Shown here in pieces: positions 20,273 through 29,317 of a DNA stretch of 50,996 nt. A program made the position numbers and the translations under genes. A model generated the notes under the pieces. The model had not been told where the DNA came from and made no database searches. It worked only from the letters and a program-made list of their open reading frames with translations. Source of the DNA: Desulfurobacterium sp. Its GTDB lineage: Bacteria > Aquificota > Aquificia > Desulfurobacteriales > Desulfurobacteriaceae. Within the stretch, counting starts at the first letter, position 1. Each line of letters opens with the position of its first letter. Where the stretch lies: NCBI GenBank assembly GCA_026988135.1, contig JALSLT010000059.1:1-50996 (forward strand), given 5' to 3'.

Positions 20273-21713
20273 TGAAGAGCTTATTTCTGTTATAGCGGCG
20301 GGGCAGATAGCCGTTTCCCCGGTGTTTGTTCTTAAAGAATTGATAGAGAACAGTCTTGACGCCGACGCGTCCACAATTAAGGTTGATATAAATACCCCGT
20401 TTGATTTTAAAGTTGTTGATGACGGAGAGGGTATAAAGTTTGAAGAATTACCTTTTACGGTAGAGAGATTTTTTACAAGTAAGATTTGTTCCCGGGAAGA
20501 TTTCTCTCGGCTTAAAACATACGGGTTCAGAGGAGAGGCTCTTCACTCTATAGGGATGTTTTCTACTTTAAAGATTAAAACTCGTCATTTTGAAGAAGAG
20601 ATAGGAGGGGAGTTTTCTTTAAAAGGCGGTAAAGTTATTGTGTATAGGCCACTTCCTTTTTCCGGAGGGACCGCTGTATCTGTGGAAAATTTATACTTTA
20701 ATGCTCCTTTAAGGAAAAAGGATGTTCCGAGAACTGAAAAAAGAAATATGATTAATCTTGTTTACGATTACGCTGTGGTAAATGAATCCGTTCAGTTTAA
20801 GATTCAAGATACTGTTCTTTTTCCGTCTTCAAAGATAGAAAGGGTTAAAAGACTTTTTATGAAAGATTTTAAAGTGGTTGAGGGGAATTACTGGACGGGT
20901 TTTTATAGGACATCTTTTGAAGGAAAAAATTATGGTAGGATAAAGAAAATATTTGTAAATGGAAGACCTGTTGTTTTTAAGGAGTTGTCTGTTTTATTAA
21001 ATGAGATAGGTGTTTCCGAGTATCTTATTTTTTTGGAGGTTCCTCCTTCTTTGTTGGATATTAACGTTTCTCCGCTAAAAGATAGAGTTTTTCTCAAAAA
21101 TTTTCAGGAAATAAAGATGAGTCTTGAACGAAAACTTTCCTCTTCTCTTTACTTTCTCCCGAAGTTTGAAAAGAAAGAGTTACGGCTTAAAGAGCGAAAT
21201 GAGTTTTCTTACAGAGTATTAAGGCTAATCGGTAGTGATGATACGGTAATGATATGTGAAGACGGGGAGTATTACTACTTTTTTGACAAACATCTTTTGC
21301 ATGAAAGAGTGAATTATGAACTTATTTTGGATAGATTTTCAAGTGGAGAATTTGAACTTGTTAATGTTTCTTGTGATTTGAGATTGGAAAGCCGTGAAAA
21401 AGTAAGTGATTTAAAAAAGTACGGTTTTAAAGTGGAAAAAGAAGGAAGCTATTATAAAATAATAAAAATACCGATAATTCTAAGGATTGATGATGTAAAA
21501 TCGATTTTGAATGGAGAGTCGGTTGAGTCGGTTGCTTCTATTGCATGTAAAAGGGCTTTGAAATCGGGAAATTATTCTATTTCCCAAGAGGATTCGGAGA
21601 AACTATTTTCTCTTTACCTCAAATGTAAAGAGAAAAGATTCTGTCCTCATGGAAGGCCTATATTTTATAGAATTAAAAAAAGAGAAATTTTAAGGAAATT
21701 GGGAAGAATTTAA
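20256..21713 (+). CDS. mutL: DNA mismatch repair endonuclease MutL (compact form)
   Basis: IAAGQ, KELIENSLDA, DDGEGI, GFRGEAL; C-terminal DKHLLHERVNYE, ACKRA and CPHGRP. Confidence 0.93.
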   Translation: MIRRLDEELISVIAAGQIAVSPVFVLKELIENSLDADASTIKVDINTPFDFKVVDDGEGIKFEELPFTVERFFTSKICSREDFSRLKTYGFRGEALHSIGMFSTLKIKTRHFEEEIGGEFSLKGGKVIVYRPLPFSGGTAVSVENLYFNAPLRKKDVPRTEKRNMINLVYDYAVVNESVQFKIQDTVLFPSSKIERVKRLFMKDFKVVEGNYWTGFYRTSFEGKNYGRIKKIFVNGRPVVFKELSVLLNEIGVSEYLIFLEVPPSLLDINVSPLKDRVFLKNFQEIKMSLERKLSSSLYFLPKFEKKELRLKERNEFSYRVLRLIGSDDTVMICEDGEYYYFFDKHLLHERVNYELILDRFSSGEFELVNVSCDLRLESREKVSDLKKYGFKVEKEGSYYKIIKIPIILRIDDVKSILNGESVESVASIACKRALKSGNYSISQEDSEKLFSLYLKCKEKRFCPHGRPIFYRIKKREILRKLGRI

Positions 21714-21729
21714 CTGTAGAGAGGTGTTT

Positions 21730-22626
21730 ATGGGAAATACGATTAAAACGGTATTTCTGCTGGGACTGCTTTCGGGAATTCTTCTTGCTTTCGGGAAGTT
21801 GATAGGCGGGACTACAGGTATGCTTTTTGCTTTTGTAATCGCTGTTTTGATGAATTTCGGCAGCTGGTTCTTTTCCGATAAAATCGTTCTGTCTATGTAT
21901 GGAGCAAGGGAGGTTTCTCCTGAAAAAGCACCTGAGCTTCATGATATTGTCGGAAGATTGTCGAAAAATGCCAAGATTCCGAAACCTAAAGTTGCAATTG
22001 TTCCGATGGATGTGCCTAATGCTTTTGCTACCGGTAGAGATCCTGAGCATGGAGTTGTTTGCGTAACAACTAAATTGATGGAGATATTGGATCGCGATGA
22101 GGTAGAGGGGGTGCTTGCTCATGAGATTGCTCATATAAAGAACAGGGATACTTTGATTTCTGCAATTGCTGCCACAATAGCAAGTGCGGTAGTTATGCTT
22201 GCAGATATGAGTAGATGGATGATGTTTTTCGGTTTTGGAAGAGGAGATGATGATAGAGACGGAATAGGGGATACAATAGGGTTGCTCTTAATGGTTATAC
22301 TTGCTCCTTTGGCTGCTACGTTGATAAGGTTTGCCATATCACGTTCCAGGGAGTATAAGGCTGATGAGGTAGGAGGAATGATTTCTCAGAAGCCGGAAGC
22401 TCTTGCAAGTGCTTTAAAAAAATTGGAACTTTATGCAAAGGGTTTGTCGTCTGAGGTTGTTGAAGCTGAAGTAAAGCCGGCAACCTCTCATATGTTTATT
22501 GTTAATCCTTTTAAGGGGAGTGGAATAGCGGCTCTTTTTTCCACCCATCCTCCTACCGAAGAGAGGGTGATAAGGCTTTTAGAGCTTGCAAAGAAACTTT
22601 TTGGTAAAGTTGGAAAATTTTTTTGA
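21730..22626 (+). CDS. htpX: zinc metalloprotease HtpX
   Basis: PNAFATG, LAHEIAH, SRSREYKAD, FSTHPP. ATG 21730 follows GAGG. Confidence 0.95.
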   Translation: MGNTIKTVFLLGLLSGILLAFGKLIGGTTGMLFAFVIAVLMNFGSWFFSDKIVLSMYGAREVSPEKAPELHDIVGRLSKNAKIPKPKVAIVPMDVPNAFATGRDPEHGVVCVTTKLMEILDRDEVEGVLAHEIAHIKNRDTLISAIAATIASAVVMLADMSRWMMFFGFGRGDDDRDGIGDTIGLLLMVILAPLAATLIRFAISRSREYKADEVGGMISQKPEALASALKKLELYAKGLSSEVVEAEVKPATSHMFIVNPFKGSGIAALFSTHPPTEERVIRLLELAKKLFGKVGKFF

Positions 22627-22647
22627 TATTAGATAGAGGGATTCTAA

Positions 22648-23985
22648 TTGGCTAATAACGGAAAGTTAAAGGTTGCGTGGGAGTATTTTAAGGGATGTGC
22701 CAATGTAAATCTTAAATTAAGGTTTGATCTTTTATCCATTTCTCATTTTCTCGGAAGGTGGATTCCTTTTGCGTTTACGGTAGGTGTTATAACAGGTTCT
22801 ATTGCCGCTTTTATGGATCTTCTTATAGTCGAAATAAACAAGTTGCTCTCTTTCCATATGATTCTTTTTTTCATATATCCCGTGCTTGTTGCTCTTTTTG
22901 CCGGTTACGCTCTTCTTATCGATCCGGTAGTAGGGGGGCCCGGTATAGGTTATGCGATAGTCCATTTGAAAACAAAGTATTTTCTTCCGGCACGATTGAT
23001 TTTTCTTAAATTTTTAACTTCCACCCTTGTTCTTTCCGGAGGTTTTATAGCTGGAAGAGAAGGTCCTTCCTTTTTTATAGGTGTAGCGATAGGAGAATGG
23101 CTCGGGAAGGCTTACGGTTTTAGTAAGCGGTTTAAAAATATTTTGGGTCTTATCGGTGGTGGTGCTTTTACGGGGGCTTTACTTAAAGCGCCCCTCGGGA
23201 GTTCCATTTTTGCGATGGAGCTTGAAAATATGTATGACTTTGATTACTCTCCTTTTGTTCCGATGATTATAGCCTCAATTACAAGTTATCTTACCTTTAC
23301 TTATTTTAGAGGAGAGAGTGCTTTTATTTTTCTTACGAAAAAGCCGGTATGGACGCTTGATAGTATTCCCTATCTTGTCGTTATGGGGCTTGTTATCTCT
23401 TTTGTTATTTATGTTTATACATTCCTTTTCCATACCGGTTGTTGTGTTTCTCAATTTTTTGAGCCGTTAAAAAGGCCGGTTATAGGAACTATAATTTCTC
23501 TTCCAATTCTTTTTCTTCTTTTTTTCGCTGTTCATGATACTGAGATATTGTCGGCTCCTGCCGATATGAAAATTGTTTCTCATCTGGCACAAGTCCCTAT
23601 ACCTGTATGGATAGATGCACTTGTTGTTTTGGGAGTTATGATTGTTACAAGTTTGACTCTCGGATTTGGTATTCCCGGAGGATTGGTGCTTCCGAATTTG
23701 ATAATAGGAGCTGCTATAGGGAATATGTTCGGGCATATATTTCCCGAACAGATTGTTATGTTTTCTCTTGCGGGGATGGGAGCGGCTCTTGCAGCTGGAG
23801 CAAAAACCCCTCTTGCAGCTATTGTTATGATTACGGAGATGAGTAATGCTGATGTTGTTATTCCTATGACAGCAGCAGTTATAACAAGCTATACAACAAG
23901 TTTCGGGTTTAGTCTTTACCTGGGACAGGAGATAGATATAAAACCGTTAATAAGAGGAGCTGCTTGCCGTGGAAAAGACACTTGA
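22648..23985 (+). CDS. second ClC-family protein, without CBS domains
   Basis: GPGIG, GREGP, KAPLG, PGGLVLP, KTPLAAIVMITEM. Confidence 0.88.
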   Translation: MANNGKLKVAWEYFKGCANVNLKLRFDLLSISHFLGRWIPFAFTVGVITGSIAAFMDLLIVEINKLLSFHMILFFIYPVLVALFAGYALLIDPVVGGPGIGYAIVHLKTKYFLPARLIFLKFLTSTLVLSGGFIAGREGPSFFIGVAIGEWLGKAYGFSKRFKNILGLIGGGAFTGALLKAPLGSSIFAMELENMYDFDYSPFVPMIIASITSYLTFTYFRGESAFIFLTKKPVWTLDSIPYLVVMGLVISFVIYVYTFLFHTGCCVSQFFEPLKRPVIGTIISLPILFLLFFAVHDTEILSAPADMKIVSHLAQVPIPVWIDALVVLGVMIVTSLTLGFGIPGGLVLPNLIIGAAIGNMFGHIFPEQIVMFSLAGMGAALAAGAKTPLAAIVMITEMSNADVVIPMTAAVITSYTTSFGFSLYLGQEIDIKPLIRGAACRGKDT

Positions 23986-25150
23986 AGGGAAAAAAATACT
24001 TCTTGGTATAACTGGAAGCATTTCTGCTTACAAAAGCATAGAATTTCTAAGAGAACTGCAAAAAAGGGGAGCGGATGTTTATGCTGCCGTTACTCCCCAT
24101 GGCTTAAAGTTTGTGCCGGAACTTGTTTTAAAAACCCTATCCGGACATGAAGTTTATAAAGAGGTTGTTCCTGAAAATTCTCCTGAAATAAGACATACAA
24201 CTTTAGGTTCAATAGTTGACCTTTTCATAATTGCTCCTGCTACGGCCAATACAATCGCCAAAATAGTTTGCGGAATAGCCGATAACCCGGTAACTGCTAC
24301 GGCACTTGTTACAGGAAAAGGAATAATCTGTCCTGCCATGAATGTAAACATGTATAACAATCCTGCAACTTTGAAAAACATTGAGATTCTGAAAGAAAGA
24401 GGATATTTAATTGTTGACTCTGAAGAGGGCGAGCTTGCCTGCGGGGTGAAAGGAAAAGGCAGACTTGCAGATATTGAGAAAATAGTTCAGGTTGTTGAAT
24501 TCTATTTTATACCGGATTTTCTGAAAGGGAAAAAGGTTTTAATAACCGCAGGTCCAACAAGGGAGTATATTGATCCTGTGAGGTTTATCTCAAATCCATC
24601 ATCTGGGAAAATGGGATACGCTCTTGCTGAAATGGCTGTTGCTGCCGGAGCAGATGTCATTCTTGTATCCGGAAAAACATATTTGAAATCTCCTTACGGT
24701 TTGAATTTTGTTGAAGTTGAAACTGTTGAAGAGATGAGAAAAGCAGTTTTTGATAACCTTGATGGAACAGATATTTTTATATCTGCTGCGGCAGTTGGAG
24801 ATTTCACCCCTGTCAGGGTGGCAGATGAAAAAATTAAAAAAACAGAAGAAGGAATTGTTTTAAAACTTAAAAGAACACCTGATATTGTTTCTGAAGTTGT
24901 AGCATCAGGAAAAGCAAAAACGGTTCTTGGATTTGCTGCGGAAACGGAAAACCTTATTGAAAATGCGCGGAAGAAACTTTCAAAGAAAAAACTTGATTTT
25001 ATTGTTGCAAATAATGTAAAAAATGGAATTTTTGGAAGTGATAATACATCCTGTATCGTTATAGGAAAGAATTTAGAAAAGGAGTTATCGGGAACAAAAA
25101 GGGAAGTTGCTCTCTCAATTTTAAAAGCTGTATCCGGGACAAAAGTTTGA
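23969..25150 (+). CDS. coaBC: phosphopantothenoylcysteine decarboxylase/ligase
   Basis: GITGSISAYK, APATAN, PAMN, LACG, TAGPTRE, SSGKMG, GFAAET. Confidence 0.97.
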   Translation: MEKTLEGKKILLGITGSISAYKSIEFLRELQKRGADVYAAVTPHGLKFVPELVLKTLSGHEVYKEVVPENSPEIRHTTLGSIVDLFIIAPATANTIAKIVCGIADNPVTATALVTGKGIICPAMNVNMYNNPATLKNIEILKERGYLIVDSEEGELACGVKGKGRLADIEKIVQVVEFYFIPDFLKGKKVLITAGPTREYIDPVRFISNPSSGKMGYALAEMAVAAGADVILVSGKTYLKSPYGLNFVEVETVEEMRKAVFDNLDGTDIFISAAAVGDFTPVRVADEKIKKTEEGIVLKLKRTPDIVSEVVASGKAKTVLGFAAETENLIENARKKLSKKKLDFIVANNVKNGIFGSDNTSCIVIGKNLEKELSGTKREVALSILKAVSGTKV

Positions 25151-25755
25151 TAGTGGTGATTTTTGATTTTGATGGAACACTAGTTGATACCTATGATGTT
25201 GTTATTGAGTCTTACAATAAAATTGCTCCGATTTTTGGAGTATCCAGAATTACAGATAGAGATACACTTAGGAATTACTCCTTTTCAGAATTTGTAAAAA
25301 GGTACAAAATAGCTCCTTATAAGGTTTTCCCCCTTATTCTGACAATGAGATTTCTGATAAACAGGGAAAAGAGGAAACAAAGATTTTCTGTTTTACCGGA
25401 TGTAAAAGAAATGCTTTTTAAACTTAAAAATGAAGGATTTATTCTTAGTATAGTTTCAACAAACAGTTTTTCGTTTATAGATTCTGTTCTTAAAGGTGAA
25501 GGGATGAAAAATTTGTTTTCTTTTGTGAAAACTTCTCCGTTTCTATCACGAAAGTGGAAAATTTTAAAGACACTGAGCAAAGATTTTGAAAAGGTTTATT
25601 ATGTTGGAGATGAGGGAAGGGATGTTGTTGCAGCAAGAAAAGCGGGTGTGGTTTCTGTAGCAGTTACCTGGGGCTTTAATTCAGAAAAGCACCTTGCAAG
25701 TTTTAATCCTGACTTTATTGTTAAAACACCGAAGGAGATTCTAAAATTAGTTTAA
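25147..25755 (+). CDS. HAD-superfamily hydrolase (phosphoglycolate phosphatase-like)
   Basis: FDFDGTLVDT, VSTN, YVGDEGRD, VTWGFN. Confidence 0.88.
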   Translation: MIVVIFDFDGTLVDTYDVVIESYNKIAPIFGVSRITDRDTLRNYSFSEFVKRYKIAPYKVFPLILTMRFLINREKRKQRFSVLPDVKEMLFKLKNEGFILSIVSTNSFSFIDSVLKGEGMKNLFSFVKTSPFLSRKWKILKTLSKDFEKVYYVGDEGRDVVAARKAGVVSVAVTWGFNSEKHLASFNPDFIVKTPKEILKLV

Positions 25756-25756
25756 T

Positions 25757-26170
25757 CTAATCTCTAAATATGCCAAAAAGAGTGTCAATAAATTTTTTTG
25801 TTTTTTTTAAAGTTTTTTCGCCGAGATGATTGTTAACTATTTTTTTAATGAATTTTTTATCCGGTATTTCGGGTGTCTCTTTTGTTGGACTTTCAAGAGA
25901 TTTTTTGTTTGAGTTAAGATTTTTTTCTCTTCCTTCTTTACATTCGAGTTTCTCTTTGAGAGTGCTGTTTAACTTCTCAATAACAAAACAGTGTTGTTTA
26001 TTTATCTCTTCTTCTATTTTTCCTGTTTCAAAATGTTTTTCAATCCGTTTTATCGCATTCCCGTTTATAAAAATATTCGTTACGATTTTTTGCGAAGATT
26101 TGTAAAATTCTGTTTGGACATGAAATTTTTTACTTCCGCAGTTTATGTCTGAGTTTAGAGAGTAACTCAT
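25757..26170 (-). CDS. hypothetical protein
   Basis: 137-aa ORF starting immediately after the pilD stop, with a GGAGGA RBS inside the pilD end; NSD...FHVQTE...QH pattern. Confidence 0.7.
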   Translation of the reverse strand: MSYSLNSDINCGSKKFHVQTEFYKSSQKIVTNIFINGNAIKRIEKHFETGKIEEEINKQHCFVIEKLNSTLKEKLECKEGREKNLNSNKKSLESPTKETPEIPDKKFIKKIVNNHLGEKTLKKTKKFIDTLFGIFRD

Positions 26171-26947
26171 TTATCCTCCAAGATAAAATTTAAGGAGGAA
26201 GTTCCCTACAAATATTGTAAGATATCCGCCTATGGAAAGGAAAGGTCCGAAAGGTAACGGAGTTTCACTATGTTTCTTTTCTCTTATAAGGATGATTATT
26301 CCTATGATAGCTCCTGTTAATGAAGCTATCATAATGACGAAAAATATTTTTTTCCAGCCCAGGAAAGCACCGATTGCGGCTAAGATATTTGCATCTCCAT
26401 ATCCCATTCCTTCTTTTCCCTTAATGATGTAGTAGGTTTCGATTATGAACAGAATGATACCTGCACCGAGGGAAGCTCCTAAAATTGAATCCATAAAAGT
26501 GTTTGATTTCGTAAATAGGGAGAAAATGATACCGAAAACCATTGTGAAATAACACGGTTTGACAGGTACTTGCAATTCTTTTATATCTATAAATGAAATA
26601 GCTATAAGAAACCAGGTTAATATACTGAAATAGATAGCGTCGAAGGATATACCAAATTGAGAGAAAAGAAGAGCGGTTAAAATACCTGTGAGTAGTTCTA
26701 TTGCCGGATAGATTGGCGAGATTTGCTCTTTACAGTATCTACATTTTCCACCAAGGAGTATATAGCTTAAAATAGGAATGTTGTCATACCATTTTATCCG
26801 GTTTTTACATTTTGGACAGTGGGAACCCGGAGAGATAATCGATTCCTCTTTGGGAATTCGGTGGATACAGACATTCAAGAAACTTCCGATTATAAGACCT
26901 AAAAAGAAGCCAAGTAGATTAGGGATAAGATTGTAAAGAGTTATCAT
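26171..26947 (-). CDS. pilD: prepilin peptidase/N-methyltransferase
   Basis: GSFLNV, SHCPKC, GKCRYC, FID, GMGYGD, PFGPFL. Confidence 0.95.
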   Translation of the reverse strand: MITLYNLIPNLLGFFLGLIIGSFLNVCIHRIPKEESIISPGSHCPKCKNRIKWYDNIPILSYILLGGKCRYCKEQISPIYPAIELLTGILTALLFSQFGISFDAIYFSILTWFLIAISFIDIKELQVPVKPCYFTMVFGIIFSLFTKSNTFMDSILGASLGAGIILFIIETYYIIKGKEGMGYGDANILAAIGAFLGWKKIFFVIMIASLTGAIIGIIILIREKKHSETPLPFGPFLSIGGYLTIFVGNFLLKFYLGG

Positions 26948-27534
26948 TAATGGGTCTCCCGAGAGCTGGTTTCAATTGTTATAAGAACTTTAAAAAGAAA
27001 ATCTTTCCATTTTTCAACACCTTCAATAAAATCTTTTTGGAGAAAGTTTACAATTTCTTCCTTCTCTTCCATTTCGCTTAGTTTTATTATTTTTTCCTCT
27101 ATATCTATTATCGCTTCGTCGCTTCCGTTGACTATCGGGAAAAACGAGTTTCCTTTCTCAAGAATTTCCACGGTTTTAAGAAGTGAATCAACAATATAAT
27201 TTATGTGAAGTTTTGCCAACTCTTCTGATGTTTCAAGAGAATCCATAACCGATTCCACGGCATTTTCTATAGAGTCGAGAGCTATTATTGAAAACTCTAT
27301 ATGTCTTTTCAGAAAATTTAAAGTTGTATCTGTAATAATATTTATGTCGGAAAATTCTTCTATATAATCGAGCATATCCGGAGAGATAGGTTTTCCCTTT
27401 ATTTCAACCTTTTTTATGACTTTATCGGGAAACAGACATTTAAATTCTACAAGGCGTAAAATCTCTTTTAAAGTTTTATGTTCTTTGAATTTTATATTTA
27501 AAGATTTTTCCTGGCCATCAATTTTAACTTTCAC
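26947..27534 (-). CDS. hypothetical protein
   Basis: 195-aa ORF with a GGAGGC RBS, stop overlapping the pilD start (TAATG); beta-rich N-terminus and acidic helical C-terminus. Confidence 0.75.
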   Translation of the reverse strand: MKVKIDGQEKSLNIKFKEHKTLKEILRLVEFKCLFPDKVIKKVEIKGKPISPDMLDYIEEFSDINIITDTTLNFLKRHIEFSIIALDSIENAVESVMDSLETSEELAKLHINYIVDSLLKTVEILEKGNSFFPIVNGSDEAIIDIEEKIIKLSEMEEKEEIVNFLQKDFIEGVEKWKDFLFKVLITIETSSRETH

Positions 27535-27573
27535 TGTAAAGTGCCTCCGATTATCCGTTTTAGTAAAACTAAT

Positions 27574-29280
27574 TTAGGTTTTAACTTCCGGTTTGCCAAA
27601 CAGATATCCTTGTCCTAAAACGTTTATTTCTCCCGAAATTTCTTTCAGGATTTTTAGTATCTTCTTTTCCTCTACAAATTCGGCAATAACGCTTATACCA
27701 AGCTCTTTTCCTATGGAGAGTACAAAGTTCACAAATTCCCTGTCGATGGTATTATCTCCAATTCCTTTTATAAATTTTCCATCTATTTTTATTCCGTCAA
27801 CTTCTATCTTTTCAAGGAGATGAAAGTTTGCGTAATCAACTCCAAAATCGTCGATAAAAATTTTAAATCCTGCTTTTCTCAAATAGTTTACTTTATCTGG
27901 TAAGTTTGTAATGAGGGAGAGGTTTTGCCTTTCGGTGAGTTCTACTATGACTTCATTAGGGTTGACTTTATATTTTTGTGCTGTTTTGATTAAGAAGTCT
28001 GTATTTCCTTCAAGGAGAGTGTTGGATACGTTAACAGATAGGATTTCTCTCATCTCTGTTGCACTTTTAAACTTAAACGATTTGTCAATTACTATTTTGT
28101 CAATTTCTTCATCTAAGGAGTATAAATTTAAGCCCTTAAAAAAAAGATTTGCAGGAATAATCTCTCCGTTTACACTGATAAGTCTTGCGAGGGCTTCATA
28201 TCCGAAAAGATTTCCTGTTGAAATATCTATAATTTTTTGGATTGCAAATGCTATTCTATTGTTTTCGACAGCTGATATTACTCTTTGTATATTTTTCCTC
28301 TGGATGCGACACTGATTTTTAACTTTTTCATCCAGGATAAACACTCCTGATTTTTTTATTTTTTTATATTCCGAAAGGGCATTTTCAATTGTCCACATAA
28401 AGCAGGAGTAATTACAAGAGTTAAGTACTTCTGATCCTACAGAAATCAGAGAAAGGTTTATAGGTTGTAACTTTCCTGATATGGGAAGAGTAATAGGGTT
28501 TTTCCGTATTGACTCTAAGGAGTTTTCTATAAGTTCCAAAGCTTCTTCTTGGGAGGAAGATTCTATGAAGATGAAAAACTGGTCTCCTTGAAGTCGAAAC
28601 AGATTAGTATTATCTTTTATTTTAAGTTTATTTTTTAGAATGTTGGATATGTGAATCAAAACGGTGTCTCCGGCTTCGTAACCTAAAACGGTATTTATGT
28701 TGGCAAAACTTCTAATATCAAGGACAAATCCGTAACAGTTTTTATTTGCCTCTTTCAAGTTTTCGAAAAATTGTCTGATTTTATATCTGGGAAGTAGCCC
28801 GGTGATAGGGTCTTTTTCTATAATTTCAATCTCTGTTCTCTTTGCTATTAAAAAATATTCTCCTATTGTAATGAGAAGTTTTGATACTGTTTTGAAAAGT
28901 TGCCACTCTTCCTTATTGAGTTTTCTGAATATAAGGTTTAGAAATTTTCCAACGAAGACGGAATAGACTTGTATAAAATCGACAAAATTTATATCCCACT
29001 TTTTGTGAATTTTCAAAATGGAGTTTACCATCAAATTTAAACTTTTCTTACTAAAAAAACTTTCATAAAAATTTTCAATTGTTTTTGCAAAAAGGAGGTT
29101 AGAGATCTGCACATCTTCAAGAAGTTTTCTGTATTCGGGAAATTTCATATCTACAAAAGTTTTAAGCTCTCTTCCGATAAGGATTATATCGCTTTTTGAA
29201 ATTAAACTTCTTATTTTTTTCAACTCTTTAAAATGTTTTTCGGAAAAATTTGTATTTTCAAGTAATAGATTAAAATCCAT
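27574..29280 (-). CDS. globin-like sensor + degenerate GGDEF + EAL c-di-GMP phosphodiesterase
   Basis: DPITGL, GYEAGD, QGDQF (degenerate); YEALARL, ELTE, IDDFG, IKIDG, AEFVE, QGYLFGKP; helical N-terminus with ILKIHKK. Confidence 0.85.
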   Translation of the reverse strand: MDFNLLLENTNFSEKHFKELKKIRSLISKSDIILIGRELKTFVDMKFPEYRKLLEDVQISNLLFAKTIENFYESFFSKKSLNLMVNSILKIHKKWDINFVDFIQVYSVFVGKFLNLIFRKLNKEEWQLFKTVSKLLITIGEYFLIAKRTEIEIIEKDPITGLLPRYKIRQFFENLKEANKNCYGFVLDIRSFANINTVLGYEAGDTVLIHISNILKNKLKIKDNTNLFRLQGDQFFIFIESSSQEEALELIENSLESIRKNPITLPISGKLQPINLSLISVGSEVLNSCNYSCFMWTIENALSEYKKIKKSGVFILDEKVKNQCRIQRKNIQRVISAVENNRIAFAIQKIIDISTGNLFGYEALARLISVNGEIIPANLFFKGLNLYSLDEEIDKIVIDKSFKFKSATEMREILSVNVSNTLLEGNTDFLIKTAQKYKVNPNEVIVELTERQNLSLITNLPDKVNYLRKAGFKIFIDDFGVDYANFHLLEKIEVDGIKIDGKFIKGIGDNTIDREFVNFVLSIGKELGISVIAEFVEEKKILKILKEISGEINVLGQGYLFGKPEVKT

Positions 29281-29317
29281 ACATTTCCCCGGACAGATAT
29301 TTATTTTAATACAGTAA

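Noticed and set aside
21673-22134. 153-aa minus-strand ORF, and the many other 60-135 aa ORFs nested in or antisense to clear genes
   Set aside because: Shadow ORFs of well-supported genes, with no recognisable domains.
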